From Mobula hypostoma (lineage: Eukaryota): a stretch of 64,000 nt of DNA. Position numbers and translations under genes: made by a program. Under the pieces are notes generated by a model, which saw nothing but the letters and a program-made list of their open reading frames with translations, did no database searches and was not told the DNA's origin. Location: assembly GCF_963921235.1 (NCBI RefSeq), contig NC_086097.1:68264001-68328000 (forward strand), in the 5' to 3' direction. Shown here one piece after another: positions 35,414-47,337 of the stretch (the stretch's first letter is position 1; each line of letters starts with the position of its first letter).

Positions 35414-36073
35414 AGCAGCTACTTAAAAGCAACGTGGATCCTGTAAGTTTCTCTGTTGATTTCACGCAGCACCAAGTGATTAAGTGTGTACTAAACTGCA
35501 ACAGCACCTCAAGCCTTAAACGATACACTACCCATGGCAACCATATAGCAGCCACACACGTTAGTGGAGTATGGCAGAGTTAGTGTGTTCAGGGGAAAGG
35601 GATGGTGCTATAAGCTTCTTAGACCTAATGTTAAGAGGGAGCCACCATGTGTGAGAGGAGCCATGATCAGGTATTCAATGTGAACGTCCACAGATTTCTG
35701 ACACTTTCATCTCCGGGACTGAGACACATAGGAACTTGGAGCACTGCCAAAAGAATGTGACCGCAGGATATGTCAATGTAAGAACCAAAACATCCAAAAG
35801 TATTTCAATTGCTCCAGTACCAATAATCGGAACTACTTACAGCACATGCATTCAACAATCCCTATTCCCAGCTTTCACTGGTTGACATAGTAAACGCATC
35901 AGCACCAACACATAATGTGTGCCAAGACAGACTTAGTCACTAAATTAAGGACACCATAACTTAACCTTATTTTTTTCTCTTGATGTCGGACTGAAGTTGG
36001 AATAAGCATAAGGGAATTAGAAAGAGGATCGTTCATGTTTGCTGCCTCACAAGGCTATAGGAGGGGCTCCTTC

Positions 36074-36494
36074 TGTCAAAACTTTCTGAAATTGCCCAAC
36101 TGCGGAGAGAGACACTGAAGCACGTCAACAGTTTACTGACTTAAATGAGAACGGTTGGATAATTTAAAGGGAAAGAAAAACAATAAAAGCTAGTTTAGCA
36201 CTCTCAAACTGAGAGTTAATGCCAACACTGCGGCTGGAAGCAAAAACTAATACTAAATGAATCCCGCTCCATTTGAAACAGTAGTCTTCTTTATCGAACA
36301 AGGATGAGGGTAAGCAGGGAGCATAAGTGCTGCTGTGCTTTTTGGTGAAGACTAGAAAGAAGGGAGTTAAATACCACCATAATGGAATACTAATTAGCAG
36401 GAATATGCATGCTCAGGAGTGCAATTTCTGAACCTGGTACACAGCCCACCCGTGTGGGCACATAGACACTACAGCCAAGCCAATGGTTGTAACA
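36074..36494 (-). repeat. 3' LTR of a second chromovirus
   Basis: tgtca...tgtaaca termini; directly follows the chromodomain end and a PPT-like ggagaagtaccc; TATTTAA and AGTAAA on the minus strand; part repeated at 41424-41590. Confidence 0.7.
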
Positions 36495-39400
36495 GGGTAC
36501 TTCTCCGTAGGCTCAACTCCCGAGGTGCCACAAACCTGTGCCCACTGGAAGTCCCGGATGAGAGATTTGTCTGGGATGTTTGGCCAGGTGGATTCAGAAT
36601 TGGCTTGCCTGCAGAAGGCAGAGGGTCGTGGTGGAGGGAGTACGTTCAGATTGGAGGGTTGTGACTAGTGGTGTCCCATAAGGATCGGTTCTGGGACCTC
36701 TACTTTTCGTGATTTTTATTAATGACTTGGATGTGGGGGTAGAAGGGTGGGTTGGCAAGTTTGCAGATGACACAAAGGTTGGCGATGTTGCAGATAGTGT
36801 AGAGGATTGTCGAAGATTGCAGAGAGACACTGATAGGTTGCAGAAGTGGCAGATGGAGTTCAACCCGGAGAAGTGTGAGGAGGTACACTTGGGAAGGACA
36901 AACTCCAAGGTAGAGTACAAAGGAAATGGCAGGATACTTGGTAGTGTGAAGGAGCAGAGGGATCTAGGGGTACATGTCCACAGATCCCTGAAAGTTGCCT
37001 CACAGGTAGATAGGGTAGATAAGAAAGCTTATGGGGTGTTAGCTTTCATAAGTCGAGGGATAGAGTTTAAGAATCGCGAGGTAATGATGCAGCTCTATAA
37101 AATTCTGGTTAGGCCACACTTGGAGTACTGTGTCCAGTTCTGGTCACCTCACTATAGGAAGGATGTGGAAGCATTGGAAAGGGTACAGAGGAGATTTACC
37201 AGGCTGCTGCCTGGTTTAGTGAGTATGGATTATGATCAGAGATTAAGGGAGCTAGGGCTTTACTCCTTGGAGAGGAGGATGAGACAAGACATGATAGAGG
37301 TATAGAAGATATTAAGAGGAATAGATAGAGTGGACAGCCAGCACCTCTTCCCCAAGGCACCACTGCTCAATACAAGAGGAAGTGGCTTTAAGGTAAGGGG
37401 TGGGAAGTTCAAGGGGGATATTAGAGGAAGGTTTTTTACTCAGAGAGTGGTTGGTGTGTGGGATGCACTGCCTGAGTCAGTGGTGGAGGCAGATACACTA
37501 GTGAAATTTAAGAGACTACTAGACAGGTATATGGAGGAATTTAAGGTGGGGGGTTATATGGGAGGCAGGGTTTGAGGGTTGGCACAACAATGTGGGCCAA
37601 AGGGCCTGTACTGTGCTGTACTATTCTATGTTCTATGTCATCCGCCAGGACCCAAGAACATTCCTTGGAACAATACCCTTCCCAATCCACAAGGTACTAG
37701 ACCTTGCCTCACGCCTGGCAAGATGTCAGAAGATGCCACACAGTAAAGACAAGGGAAATATCCACCCAGTGGGGAGGAGGGGGAGGTGGGTGACACTGAA
37801 GCTGATGGAGGTGGGGGTGAGGGGGTGGTTTGGTAACCGGCATGAGCTGGGAAACATGGATCACTGGGTGGATCTTCATTGATGATGGTAGGTGTGTCTT
37901 TACGAGGCCCTGTTGATAGCTCTTTCCACTATGAAAGGTCCCACGGAGTGTAGTACCAACTTGTGGCTCTCAGCTTTCAGGGGAAGATCCCTCGATGCCA
38001 GCCAGACTTTCTCTTCAGGCTTGAGAGGACTTACCTGTCGCCGGAGCCGATCAGCCTGCAGGAATGTTGTTTCTACGCTCGCAGCGCAGAAGCCCTGGCT
38101 CATCTGCACGTGTGCTCACAGCACTGGATCAACTATTCAGCAGCAAAACTCCCACATCCATCTCCTGGTTAGGGAAGAGCGGTGGCTGGAATCCCTTCTG
38201 GCATTCAAAGGGGGACATGCCAGTGGAGGATGACTGGCAGTTATTGTAAGCAATTTCTGCCCAAACCAACAGTGAGTTCCAGATCGCGGGGTTGGAAGAG
38301 GCAAGGCAGAGTATGGTTGTCTCGAACTCCTGGTTCACTCTCTCAGTCTGGACATTAGTATGGGAGTGCATACCACACAAGAGACTAGTCGTGGTCCCTA
38401 CAAGAGTGTAGATAGCCTTCCAAAAACGGGATATTAACTGTGGTCTTTGATCAGCACTGATCAAAGGGTGAGCAATGAATGGACAGCGTTGGGCAATCCA
38501 TCCACAACAACAAGAACGGTGGTGTGCCCACTAGATGGGGACAGATCAGTGATGAAATTCACTGAGAGGTGGGAGCAGGGGTGGTGGTGCACAGGCAGCA
38601 GACAAAGCAGCCCCACAAGGTGTTGGCGTAACAGCTTGTCCTGAGCACAAGTGGGACAGGCAGGGACAAAATCGTGGACATTATGGGACAAAGGTGGTCA
38701 TCAAAATCACCTCTTGATAAACCCTCAGGTCCGTTGAATTCCTAGATGGTCATCCAGAAGGGAGGAATGAGCCTATTCCAACACCTTGGAGCACACTGTA
38801 AAAGGGACAAACAGCTGGTTGGGAGGTCCGCAGTCTGCTGGACGGCCTTCATCTACGACTCTATTCCCCAAATTACTGGAGCAGCAATGCACAAGTGTGG
38901 AAGGATGAGCTCTGAACTAGTGCTGTCCTCGGACACATCAAACTGCCGGCAAAGAGCGGCGGCTTTGCTATTCTTGCTGCTGTGAAGGTAGGTGAGGATG
39001 AAATTAAACCAGGGGAAGAAGAGGACCCAACAGGCTTGACGGGAGTTGAGTCTCTTAGCATGCGAAATGTAGGAGAGGTTCTTGTGATATGTCCAAAACA
39101 AAAAAGGATGCTCTGCCCCCTCCAGCTAGTGTCACCATTCTTCCAGGACCTCTTTGACAGCTAGAAGTTCTCAATTCCCAACACTGTAGTTACTCTTAGC
39201 CAGAGTCAAACGACGGGAAAGAAAGGCACAGAGGTAGCTGGGTATCGGTATCCACAGAAGAGCTTTGAAAGAGTATAGTTCCATTGCCGAAATTGCATTC
39301 ACCTTGACAATGAATGGGCGGGATGGTTAGGGGTGTTGCAGCACTGGGGCAAAGGAGAAATGTCATTTTATTTCCAAAAATGCTTGCTCTTCTTCGTTTA

Positions 39401-39560
39401 TCCAATGGAAACCTGCAGCTGTCTTCCTGAAAGAGCTGAAATTTTGGATGAAGTGGCGATAAAAGTTCACAAACTCCATAAAGTGCCACACATGATTGAA
39501 AGTAGATAGTTTGGACCACTCCATGATCATCTGAACTTTACTCGGGTCCATTTGAACACT
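36495..39560 (-). mobile_element. Second, older Ty3/Gypsy chromovirus pol remnant, split by a CR1
   Basis: MDPSKV..FVNFYRHFIQNFS; WTYHKNL..KRLNSRQACW; CPTC; QTERVNQEFE; KVWLASRDLPLK..VGPF; chromodomain YLVDWEGYCSKECSWVLAD resumes as DIPDKSLIRDF at 36579-36545. Confidence 0.9.
36580..37634 (+). mobile_element. Young 5'-truncated CR1 LINE
   Basis: 198-aa ORF IFINDLD..KFADDTK...LYKILVRPHLEYCVQFWSPHYRKD; (ttctatg)n tail; atgt on both sides (36576-36579, 37635-37638). Confidence 0.95.
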
Positions 39561-39564
39561 TACA

Positions 39565-39762
39565 CAATCAGTTATTTTGTGTTATATATTTGCAATTAAT
39601 TTAGATCACTTTGTAGAGATCAACTTTCACTTTGATACAAAAGCGTCTTTTTCTGTTGATCAGCGCCAAAAAGTCAAATTAAATCCATTGTGATTCAGTG
39701 TTGTAAAACAATAAAACATGAAAACTTCCAAGGGGGTGTGAATACTTTTTATAGGCACTATA
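39565..39762 (+). mobile_element. Tc1-like transposon right terminal repeat
   Basis: ...aaaacatgaaaacttccaagggggtgtgaatactttttataggcacta-ta resembles the long TIR ends of fish Tc1 elements. Confidence 0.7.
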
Positions 39763-39784
39763 TGAATTTGTGGGCATCAGCGAA

Positions 39785-41410
39785 CCATCAAGGAAAGAAG
39801 ATTATAGCTGGAAACTTAAAGTCCAAGGATACACATTATATCAAAAGAACAGGCAGGTAGGCAGAGGTGGTGGCATGGCTCTGCTAGTAAAAAATGAAAT
39901 CATTCATTAGAAAAAGGAGACATAGGGTGTGAAAGTGTTGAAAATCGTTTTGTGTAGAGTAAAGGAACTACAATGGTAAAAAGACTCTGATGGGAGCTTT
40001 TTACAGACCCCCAAACAGTAGGAAGGATGTGGCCTACAAATTACAATGGGAGATAGAAAATGCATGCCAAAAGGGCAATGTTACAATGTCATGGAGGACT
40101 TCAGTATGCAGGTAGATTCGGAATATCAGGTTGGTGCGGGATCCCAAGTGGGGAATTTCTAGAATGCCTACAAGATGGCTTTTTAGAGCAGCTCATGGTT
40201 GAGCCGATTAGGGGATCAGCTATTCTCGACAGGGCATTGTACAATGAACCAGAATTGATTAGAGAGCTTAAGGTAAAGGAATTCTGAGGGAATTATCACC
40301 ATAATGTGATAGAATTCACCCTGACATTTGAGAAGGAGAAGCTAAAGTCACATGTATCAGTATTACAGTGGAGTAAAGGGAATTACAGAGGCATGAGAGA
40401 GAAGTTGGCCAAAATTAATTGAAAAAGAGCACTGGATGGAAGAGCAGCAATGGCTGGAATTGCTGGAAGCAATTTGAAAAGCACAGGATAGGTACATCCC
40501 AAAGAAGAAGTGTTTTAAAGGCAAGATGACACAACCATGCTAACAAGAGCAGTCGAAACCAACATAACTGCCAAAAAGAGGGCCTATAGTAGGGCAAAAA
40601 TTAGTGGGAAGTTAGAGAAGCCTTTAAAAACCAATAGAAGACAAATAAGAAGTCATTAAGAAGGAAAGGTTGGAATACAAATGTAACCCAGTCAATAATA
40701 TTAAAGAGGATAGTGTAAATTAAAGTGCGAAAGAGAGGCAAGAGTGGACATTGGACCGCTGGAAACGATGCTGGAGAGGTAGTAATGGGGGAACAAGGAA
40801 ATAGCAGACAAACTGAATAATCATGGTATCAGCCTTCATTGTGGAAGGCACTAGCAGTAGGCTGGAAGTTCAAGAGTGTCAAGGGTCAGAAATGTATGAA
40901 GTTGTCATTACTATGGAGAAGGTTCTTGGGAAACTAAAAGGTCTGAAGGTAGATAAGTCACCTAGACCAGATGCTGTACACTGCTGGGTTCTGACAGAGG
41001 TAGATGAAGAGATTGTGGAGGCATTAGTAATGATCTTTCAAGAATCACTAGATTCTGGAATGGTTCCAGAAGACTGGAAAATTACAAAATGTCGCTTCAC
41101 TCTTCAAGAAGGGAGAGAGGTAGAAGAAAGGAAATGACAGGCCAGTTAGTCTGACCTCAGTGATTGGGTAGATGTTGGAGTCCAGCTATTTGGAAGCACA
41201 TGATAAAATAGGCCATAGTCAGCATGGTTTCCTCAAGGGAAAATCCTGCCTAACAAATCTGTTGGAATTCTTTGAAGAAATAGACAAAGGAGAATTGGTG
41301 GATGTTGTGTACTTGGATTTTCAGAAAGCCTTTGACAAAGTGACACACTTGAGGCTGTTTAACAAGTTAAGAGCCCAGGGTATTACAGGAACAATACCAC
41401 CATGGAAAAA
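39785..41410 (+). mobile_element. CR1 LINE ORF2 (APE endonuclease through early RT), decayed
   Basis: RGGGMALLVK, GAFYRPPNS, EFLECLQDGFLEQL..ILD, LKVDKSPRPD, VPEDWKI, QHGFLKGKSCLTNLLEFFE, VYLDFQKAFDKV. Confidence 0.92.
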
Positions 41411-41423
41411 GGAGTGGCGATAG

Positions 41424-41590
41424 GCAGGGAGCATAAATGTTGCTGTGATTTTGGTCAAGTTTCAACAAAACTAAAATGAAAAGAAAGGAGTTAAATACCA
41501 CCATAATGGAACACTAATTAGCTGGAATGTGCATACTCAAGAGCGCAATTATCAAACCTGTTGAGAGCCTGCCTATGCAGGCACATAGAC
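41424..41590 (-). repeat. Partial LTR, probable 5' LTR remnant of the second chromovirus
   Basis: Direct repeat of 36315-36467 (gcagggagcataa...ggagttaaataccaccataatggaa...gcacatagac). Confidence 0.7.
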
Positions 41591-41594
41591 CCCT

Positions 41595-42215
41595 TTTATG
41601 GGAGACATGCAGATCCTTAAACCTTGAGGTCACTTTTACTTTTCCAACAAAGCCCAACGGAACAGCATCTCATCTTCCACTCGACATGTTACAGCTCTCT
41701 GGACCCAACAGTGAATGCAAATAACTAATCTTTCCAGTTTATATCAAACATAGTTCCAATTTAGAGTTCAGATATAAGGCCCACAACCTGTAACATAAAC
41801 TCAGTTTATCACTCATCAGCTCTGCCCGACCTGTTGGGTATCTCTTTCATTTCAGATATCCAGCAATTTAGTTTTTTTTTCCTCACACTGTTCCAGGACT
41901 GTATGCTCCCAGTTTCATTCATTATTTTCTCATTCCAACCTCATCACAGAGATCGAAGTAATTAACAACACTTTCTCACCCCGGCACCACTCATATTTTT
42001 AACATCCAGCCTCACTTATTCTCCATCATATCTATGACATTCTGTTTGCTCTCTGCATCCCTCTTCCCCTGCAACTTAAAATATTTGACTTATAACTCTT
42101 CCATATTCTGATAAAAGTTCATTGACCTGAAACATCAGCATTACTTCTCTCTTCATTGATGCTACCTGGTCCACTGAGTCTTTCCACTTTTTCTATTTTT
42201 GTTTCCTAATTCTAG
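41595..42215 (+). mobile_element. Old Penelope-like 3' remnants with two degenerate terminal repeats
   Basis: EQHLIF.L..LQ..G-like end near 41660-41720 (compare 29770-29820); degenerate hammerhead/terminal motifs near 41770-41860 and 42105-42200. Confidence 0.55.
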
Positions 42216-42997
42216 CATTTTTTTGCTTGCTACAATGGTAAATCTACCAGAATGTGCATCACATAACATCTCTTTCTAATTTTTCCGAAGAACATACCCC
42301 AGTAGAATATTTCCTGTTGCATTTCATGGAAGGAGTCATCCAGAGATTACTTGTGCACTACTTTGTTTTGTCTTTCACATATGTTTTGGGATATGAAAGA
42401 AACCGCCTTATTTTTTTCTGTATTCCCTACCCCCAACTCAAGTCTTGCTGAAATAATTATAATGGAGGAGGAGGAATGTACAAAGCGTGAGGAAGAGGAC
42501 ACTGCTTTGGAGCATATTTCCCAGCTACTCCCTTCCTTAACATCCCACAACTGAACATTTATTCAATAGGATAACATCACTACCTCATACAGACATGATC
42601 AAATACTTACAGATTAGCTGATCTAATTTTTCAGATTACAGATATTCGGTCTTCATTTATGCTGCTTCAAGGTATAAAAGTCTGCAGGTAATAAAGTAAT
42701 GTGTGCTGCAGGATATATTGGTGACTTAAAGAATTCTAGACAAATTAGATGCTACCAAGTATTAGCAGAGAGACCAACAAAGTGCGCACAGGGCAGGACA
42801 AGCAGCCGGAAGAGAGAGAAGGAGGAGACTCTGTCCAGCCATGGTTTTCAAAGCTGACATTTACTTATTATGAAGATCAGGGGCATTATGGTGTCCCTGC
42901 AACCATCAGGAGGCCTTCACTCCGCAGCCGTTCTCTTATACGAGCCACAGTTTAGAAACAAAAATAAGCTCCAACAAACACCCTCATTGCAGACTGA

Positions 42998-43584
42998 GAT
43001 TCATAGTCATACCATATCAAAACAGGCTCTTCAGCTCAACAGTCCATTTGACCAAGATTCCTGTCTAAGTTAGTACCATCTTGCCAGCATTCGGTGCATA
43101 TTCCACTAAACATTTTTTATCCATGTACCTGTGCAACTGTCTTAAATGTTGTTCATGTACTTTCCTCAAACACTTCCTTTGGCAGCTCATTCCATATATG
43201 AACCATCTTCTGAGTGAACAGGTACCCCTCAGATCAATTTTAATTTTTCCCCTCTCACCTTAAATTTAAGGCATCTAGATTTTGATTATTTTTCTCAGTA
43301 AAAATGATTGTGTTCATTGACACTTTCTATGCTTCTCATAACTTTATACACATCTATAATATCACCCCTCATTACCAAAGCTCCAGTAACTGAGGTCCCA
43401 TCTATTCAATCTCTCTCCAAAACCCAGTCCGCTGACTCCAGCAACGTCCCCAAAAATCTCCTCTGCACTTTTTCCAGCTTCATGGCATCTTTTCTATACC
43501 AGGATGGTCAAAACAGGACAAAATATTCCAAATGCCACCTCATCAACATCTTGTACAATGGCAACAAAACAGCCCATCTACTGC
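42998..43584 (-). mobile_element. CR1 LINE 3' part
   Basis: Reverse strand gives LLPLYKMLMRWHLEYFVLF...MKLEKVQRRF through to the 3' UTR. Confidence 0.85.
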
Positions 43585-43686
43585 ACTGGGTATTAGGCAG
43601 GGTCTAGATGGGGATAACTGGGTATTAGGCAGGGTCTAGATGGGGATAACTGAATATTAGGCAGGGTCTAGATGGGGATAACTGGG
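43585..43686 (+). repeat. 32-bp tandem repeat, about 3.2 copies
   Basis: actgggtattaggcagggtctagatggggata at 43585, 43617 and 43649 (third copy has 2 mismatches), plus a partial copy. Confidence 0.97.
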
Positions 43687-45445
43687 CAACTCCATTTAAA
43701 GGCAAAGGAACAGTTGGAAAGTGGAAGATTTTAAAACAGTCAGACCAAGAGCCCAGAGCAGCATTTTCCTGTTAGGGTAAACGGTAATCATACCAAGTTC
43801 AGTAACCCTGGTTGACCAGACATATCATTGTTCTGGTCAGGTAAAACACGTTGCCTTTAGCAATCCCTTGATGAATAAACCAAGTTTAAGAGCAGGCTTA
43901 AGAGGGGAAAAAAAGGGCTAAAAGAGGTTATTAGGTGGATTTGGCAGGCAGGGTTAAAGATAATCCCAGAAAGTTCTTCAATTATATTCATGGTAGGAAT
44001 GACTAGGGAGAAACTAGGTCCTCTTAAAAACCATCCATGTGTGGAGCCAGAGGAGATGGACGAGATTTTTAACATCTATTTCTCCATAGTGTTTACTTCA
44101 GAGAATCTAATGGATGCTGAAGATATGAGGGTAATAAGTAATGAGGTCTTGGAACATATGCATATTAGAGGAAGAAGCTATTTGCAGCCTTGGTGCATTA
44201 TGGTGAACAAATCCCCAGGGTCTGATCAAGTGCAGTTCCTGGCCAGGGAAGAAATCACAGAGACCCTTGTAGAGATAGTTGCTTCAATATTAACCATTGG
44301 TGAAATTTCAGAAAACAAGAGGTTGGCTAATGTTGTTCCACTGTTAAAGAGTAGCAAGGACAGGCCAGGGAAATACAGGCTCGTAAGCCAAGCTTCTTCA
44401 GTTGTAGGTATGTTATTGGAGAGAATTCTGAGAGAAAAGATATACCTTCACTCAAAGGTGATGGTAGATCTTGTCTCTCAGGAACAGTCAGCATGGTGTT
44501 GTGCATGGAAGGTCAAGTCTGACAAATCTTTTGGAGCTTTCCAAAGAAGTAACTAAGAGGATAGATCAATATAGGTGCTGCTGTTACTTAAACAAACCCA
44601 AACCACTTAGAGACTGAGTACTTGATGGGGGGTGGGGGGGGGGTTGATCCTGTGTAACGTGGTGTTCAAACCAGTAACATAGTTCCAAAGTCAAAGAATA
44701 CACTCAATCTTTTTTTAAGAGACCAGCAAAATGAACAATCTTGAAACAATAAAAACTAATGAAACTAAAACTAACAATATAATGAAATAGACCATCTTAG
44801 CATATTAAACATACTTAAACCAGGCATTCTTAGATGTATTCAAGAATCAAATGTACTTAAGTAATTTTAAGTGGTCAACAAAAAAGATGTCACCCCTGGA
44901 TCCACCCAAACTAGACTGGCTCCTACAGTAGGGCAGTGGATATTGTCTATATGGACTTCAGTAAGGGCTTTGATTAGGCCTAGCATGGCAAAATAATCTA
45001 GAAGATTAAGTCACAAGGGACTCAGAGTGTGCTAATCAGTTAGATTCAGAATTGGCTCAATGATAGGAAGCAGTGGGTGATGGTTAAAGGTCTGTTCTCT
45101 GACTGGAGGCTTGTGATTAGTGCAGTGCTCCAAAGGTCAGTATCGAAACCTCTGTTATTCATTATTTATGTAAATTATTTGGATGTGAATCTACATGCCA
45201 TGATTAGCAAGTTTGCTAATGATACTAAACTAGGGGTCTTGCTGATAGTGAAGCAGGTTGTAATGAATTACAAAGAAATCAACATTAACAATCTTGACCA
45301 TCTCCTCCTGCTCCACACATTGATGGCTTTTAAAAGGATCTAGTCTGGATCAGTGATGGAGGTGGGTTGAGGAATGTCAGATGGATTTCATCTTTGGTAA
45401 GTGTGAATTGATGTATTTTGGACAGTCAAACCAGGGTAGGATCCG
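43687..45445 (+). mobile_element. CR1 LINE ORF2 middle region, decayed
   Basis: KDNPRKFFNY..REKLGPLK..NKSPGSDQ..GKYRLVS; VDIVYMDFSKGFD; LLFIIYVNYLD..KFANDTKL. Confidence 0.9.
44576..44927. mobile_element. Probable solo LTR (352 bp) inserted in CR1
   Basis: TG...CA termini; flanks atagg (44571-44575) / gtagg (44928-44932); removal rejoins the CR1 RT (VTKRID / GRAVDIVYMDF-like). Confidence 0.7.
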
Positions 45446-45689
45446 TAGAAATCATGGCCAATTTCAAAACATTTTTTTGGCAGGTATCGATTTGAGCATT
45501 AGTGTTATGCATACCCAAAAAACAGTGAAATTCAATACCTAGGCATCTATATATTATAGAAAAAAGTTACAGCCCCACCTAACTACTAAACAACATTTGC
45601 TACAAATAGCTCTGTCCCATCACCTGCAATTTCATGAGAAACAATTCAGACCTTTTCCAAATGGAATTAATGATCCATCAGCACTGTTT

Positions 45690-45897
45690 TAGAACATAGA
45701 ACAGTACTGCACAAAACAAAACCTTTGGCCCCATGATATGCTTAAATTTTAAACTACTCCATGATCAATTAACCCTTTCCTTCCTCTTGGCCCTTCATTT
45801 GTCTTTCACCGATATGCCTATCTAAGATTCCTTAAAATGTCCCTAACATATTTGCTTCTACCACCACTTCTGACAGCATGTTCCACACCCCTACCAC
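45690..45897 (-). mobile_element. CR1 3' end
   Basis: tagaacatagaac tail; VVGVWNMLSEVVVEANMLGTF. Confidence 0.85.
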
Positions 45898-46208
45898 AAA
45901 ACTCCTTGATCCATAGGTTCCAGAAATGTCTGAGCGACGTTTAGTATTAGCAAACTGCCACCAGGTCAGTGTAATGTGAATTTTGATACATTGCATCTGA
46001 TCAACTGCATTTGATGCAATGGTTTCTGACACTACTTACCAGTTCAAGCTCACTGAAATTATGACAGCTATCTGATACATTGACAGAAGCTGACTGTGCA
46101 TTGTTTTATTATCTTGTATATATAAATCCATGGGACTTGTTTGTGTTCCAGTAGCTGTAAATTTTCTTTGTACATACTGCTTTTAAAATGAACTTTAAAA
46201 ATCAAAAA

Positions 46209-46309
46209 CATGAGACCCTTAGTGTCTCGGCCCAAAACATCGACTGTTTACACTTTTCTATAGATGTTGCCTGGCCTGCTGAGTTCCTCCAGCATTTTGT
46301 GTGAGCTGT
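46209..46309 (+). mobile_element. Short Penelope-terminus-derived insertion
   Basis: gtctcggcccaaaacatcgactg...gcctggcctgctgagttcctccagcattttgtgtg, preceded by a short inverted piece; 8-bp TSD atcaaaaa (46201-46208, 46310-46317). Confidence 0.8.
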
Positions 46310-46982
46310 ATCAAAAATTGAAGTTTAGTATTATATGAAAAGGATCTAATAAAAATAAAACAACTTTAATGCTTGCAGACAATCAGCTAAAAAGTACACC
46401 GCGTTTCTGTTTAGCAGAGTTGGGTTGTATGGGAATAAATGATCCCAGATTGAAGTACTCTCTGTTAAGAAAAAAAACTGCATCTGACATCCCCTTACAA
46501 CTTACATTATACTGTACATCTCTGGCAAGGAAAATTACATTTCCAAATGTATCAATTGACTTTCAGAGATAACCAGTAAAGTTATACACGTACTTTAGTA
46601 ATGCTTATTGAATGTTATTACTTAAAATTATTAACTATATTCATTGTTGCAGTAGCTTAAAGATCCCTTTTAATCAGTGGACTGTATGAACCTTAATCAA
46701 GACAAATGAGCACTGGGATATTTACGACTCTATAATAGATTGCTTAATAACCTTCGGCTTTTAGCCTTTGCCATATTCAATACTAAATACTGTCACTTGA
46801 TAAAGGAATCAAGTTGCATCAGTAGCATTATTTTAACAAGATTATGAATATATGTGTCTCTATCATTGCATTTGTCAATATTATTATTAAATGGTTCTAT
46901 TTCATCATATTAGTGAATATTTGACCTTTGATGGCTGTGGACAAGGTTGTTAATAGCATCCCCACTATTCCCCACACTTCTG

Positions 46983-47325
46983 GTAATTGGAAATGGTTTT
47001 ACTGTTGTCACATGTACCAATGTACAGTGAAACATTTTGTTTTGCATACCATCCATACAGATCATTTTGCACATCAGTACAAAAAGGTAAAAACAGGAAA
47101 AAGTAATACCAGAATGCAGAAAGCAGTGTTACAGCTACAGAGAAAGTGCACAGCAGCCAGAAAACAAGGTGCAAGGCCATGAAGAGGTAGATAGTGAGGT
47201 CAAGTGTCCATTTTATCATACAATAGGCTGATTCAATAGTTTTATAACAGCTCATAGAAGCAGTTCTTGAGCCTGCTGTATATACTTCAGGCTTTAGTAT
47301 CTTCTGAGAAGAGGGTATAGCTAGA
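46983..47325 (-). mobile_element. Rex1/Babar LINE 3' end
   Basis: Degenerate LK..Y.SRLKNCFY..VIKLLN C-terminus plus UTR. Confidence 0.7.
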
Positions 47326-47337
47326 GACACTGTCAAG

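Noticed and set aside
43585..43686. 32-bp direct repeats as a CRISPR array
   Set aside because: Copies are head-to-tail with no spacers, in eukaryotic LINE context with no cas genes.
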